A stretch of DNA of 24,000 nt from an uncultured Anaeroplasmataceae bacterium (lineage in GTDB: Bacteria; Bacillota_I; Bacilli_A; Acholeplasmatales; Anaeroplasmataceae), in contig CALVBA010000017.1 in the NCBI GenBank assembly GCA_944325695.1, positions 1 to 24,000 on the forward strand, in the 5' to 3' direction. Positions 22,857-24,000 of the stretch are shown piece after piece. How positions within the stretch are numbered: the stretch's first letter is position 1; the number at the start of each line of letters is the position of its first letter. The notes below the pieces were generated by a model. It saw nothing but the letters and a program-made list of their open reading frames with translations, did no database searches and had not been told where the DNA came from. The position numbers were made by a program, and so were the translations under genes.

Positions 22857-24000
22857 TACTTAGCTACATCTATAGCTCTTGTTTCACGAATAACTGTAAC
22901 CTTGATTGTTCCTGGATAACTTAATTGATCTTCAATTTTTTCCTTAATTTCTCTTGCTACAGCAAATGTTGATAAATCATCAACAACATCAGGCTTTACT
23001 AATACGCGAATTTCACGTCCTGCCTGAATTGCAAATGATGAAGCAACACCATGAACAGAATTAGAAATACTTTCAAGGTTTTCTAATCGTTTAACATAAT
23101 TTTCTAATGAGTCACTTCTAGCACCAGGTCTAGCACTTGATAAAGCATCGGCAGCAGCTACTAATACAGCAATAATCGACTCCGGAGCTTTATCTTCGTG
23201 GTGTGAAGCAATAGCATCGATAACCTCAAATGGCTCACGATACTTCGTCGCTAATTCAACTCCAATTTCTACGTGTGATCCTTCAACTTCATGATCAATT
23301 GCTTTACCAATGTCGTGGAATAAACCAGCACGTTTAGCTAAAATCTCATTTTCACCAATTTCTACAGCTAGCTTAGCAGCTAAAAACGCTGTTTCAATCG
23401 AATGTTGTAAAACGTTTTGTCCATATGATGTACGGTAATTTAAACGTCCTAATAACTTAATTAAATCAGGATGGACTTTACCAATTCCCGTATTAAAAAC
23501 AGCTTCTTCACCTTTTTCACGAATGAACATTTCTACTTCTAATCGACTACGTTCTACAATTTCTTCAATTCTTCCTGGATGGATTCTTCCATCACTTAAT
23601 AAAGCTTCTAAAGATTTTTTAGCAATCTCGCGACGAATTGGATCAAAACCACTTAAAACGACAGCTTCAGGTGTATCATCGATAATTAAATCAACCCCTG
23701 TTAAAGCCTCAATAGTACGAATATTACGCCCTTCTCGACCAATAATTCGTCCTTTCATTTCATCGCTAGGTAGCCCAACAACTGTTACTGTTTTTTCACT
23801 TGTTACTTCACTTGCATATTTTTGAATTGCTTGAGCAAGTAAATTTTTAGCTGTTGAACTAACATGTAGTTTTGCTTTTTCTTCCTCTTCTTTAATGTAT
23901 GTCGATATTTCTAATGACATATTACTTCTAACTTCATCCATAATTATTTTACGAGCTTCTTCTTTATTTAGCTCAGCGATGAACTGAAGTTTCTCTTCTT
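22856..24000 (-). CDS. rny: Ribonuclease Y (5' end outside the window)
   Basis: KH domain [42 protein letters not shown] and HD domain [21 protein letters not shown]...ASHHED. The C-terminus is [19 protein letters not shown]. The frame stays open upstream of ATG 23941 to the window edge (...[23 protein letters not shown]...), so the track's M is internal. Confidence 0.95.
   Translation of the reverse strand, partial: EEKLQFIAELNKEEARKIIMDEVRSNMSLEISTYIKEEEEKAKLHVSSTAKNLLAQAIQKYASEVTSEKTVTVVGLPSDEMKGRIIGREGRNIRTIEALTGVDLIIDDTPEAVVLSGFDPIRREIAKKSLEALLSDGRIHPGRIEEIVERSRLEVEMFIREKGEEAVFNTGIGKVHPDLIKLLGRLNYRTSYGQNVLQHSIETAFLAAKLAVEIGENEILAKRAGLFHDIGKAIDHEVEGSHVEIGVELATKYREPFEVIDAIASHHEDKAPESIIAVLVAAADALSSARPGARSDSLENYVKRLENLESISNSVHGVASSFAIQAGREIRVLVKPDVVDDLSTFAVAREIKEKIEDQLSYPGTIKVTVIRETRAIDVAK

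Noticed and set aside
1-24000. Possibility of the Mollicutes-type genetic code (TGA = Trp), given the extreme AT-richness
   Set aside because: Well-conserved proteins end at TGA where their families end, for example mutS ...KLIKG-TGA overlapping the mutL start. All family-sized ORFs are intact under the standard code.
1-24000. Search for CRISPR arrays, tRNA/rRNA genes, IS elements, integrases, phage genes and known defence-system hallmarks (nucleases, STAND/AAA ATPases, reverse transcriptases, TIR/SIR2, methyltransferases)
   Set aside because: I saw no regularly spaced direct repeats and no cloverleaf-like GC-rich segments in the short intergenic regions. I also saw no transposase or recombinase motifs. 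No ORF apart from those described lacks a housekeeping assignment.

Overview
This is a strongly AT-rich chromosomal segment from a low-GC Firmicute that uses the standard genetic code. TGA acts as a stop, for example at the end of mutS. All 22 credible genes lie on the minus strand. I consider every plus-strand ORF in the track a shadow ORF.

Gene content, read in minus-strand transcription order from 24000 down to 1:
- rny (5' end off-window), ymdB, spoVS
- miaB, ymcA/ricA-like, cotE
- two unrecognisable ORFs: a 750-aa acidic coiled-coil protein and a P/Q/Y-rich tail-anchored membrane protein
- mutS, mutL, miaA, aroK, aroQ, efp
- dapB
- dnaD, nth, a Cse60-like mini-ORF
- an HTH-XRE regulator with a long helical C-terminus, a surface protein with five Ig-like repeats, and a 288-aa orphan
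- dnaE

The order rny-ymdB-spoVS...miaB-ymcA-cotE-mutS-mutL and dnaD-nth mirrors Bacillus subtilis. Together with cotE, spoVS and the cse60-like ORF, this points to an endospore former, possibly Erysipelotrichia-like. That taxonomic guess is inference only.

I found no rRNA, tRNA, CRISPR array, transposase, integrase or recognisable defence system.

The parts worth a second look:
1. The two-gene insertion between cotE and mutS, which appears to head the mutSL operon.
2. The regulator/adhesin/orphan module next to dnaE, including a hairpin whose 3' arm is the adhesin Shine-Dalgarno sequence.
3. A DnaE with a degenerate PHP motif set.
4. A Cse60-like ORF with no canonical start codon.

Several intrinsic terminators and sigma-factor-like promoters can be read directly from the sequence. 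None of the novelty claims could be tested by database search here.
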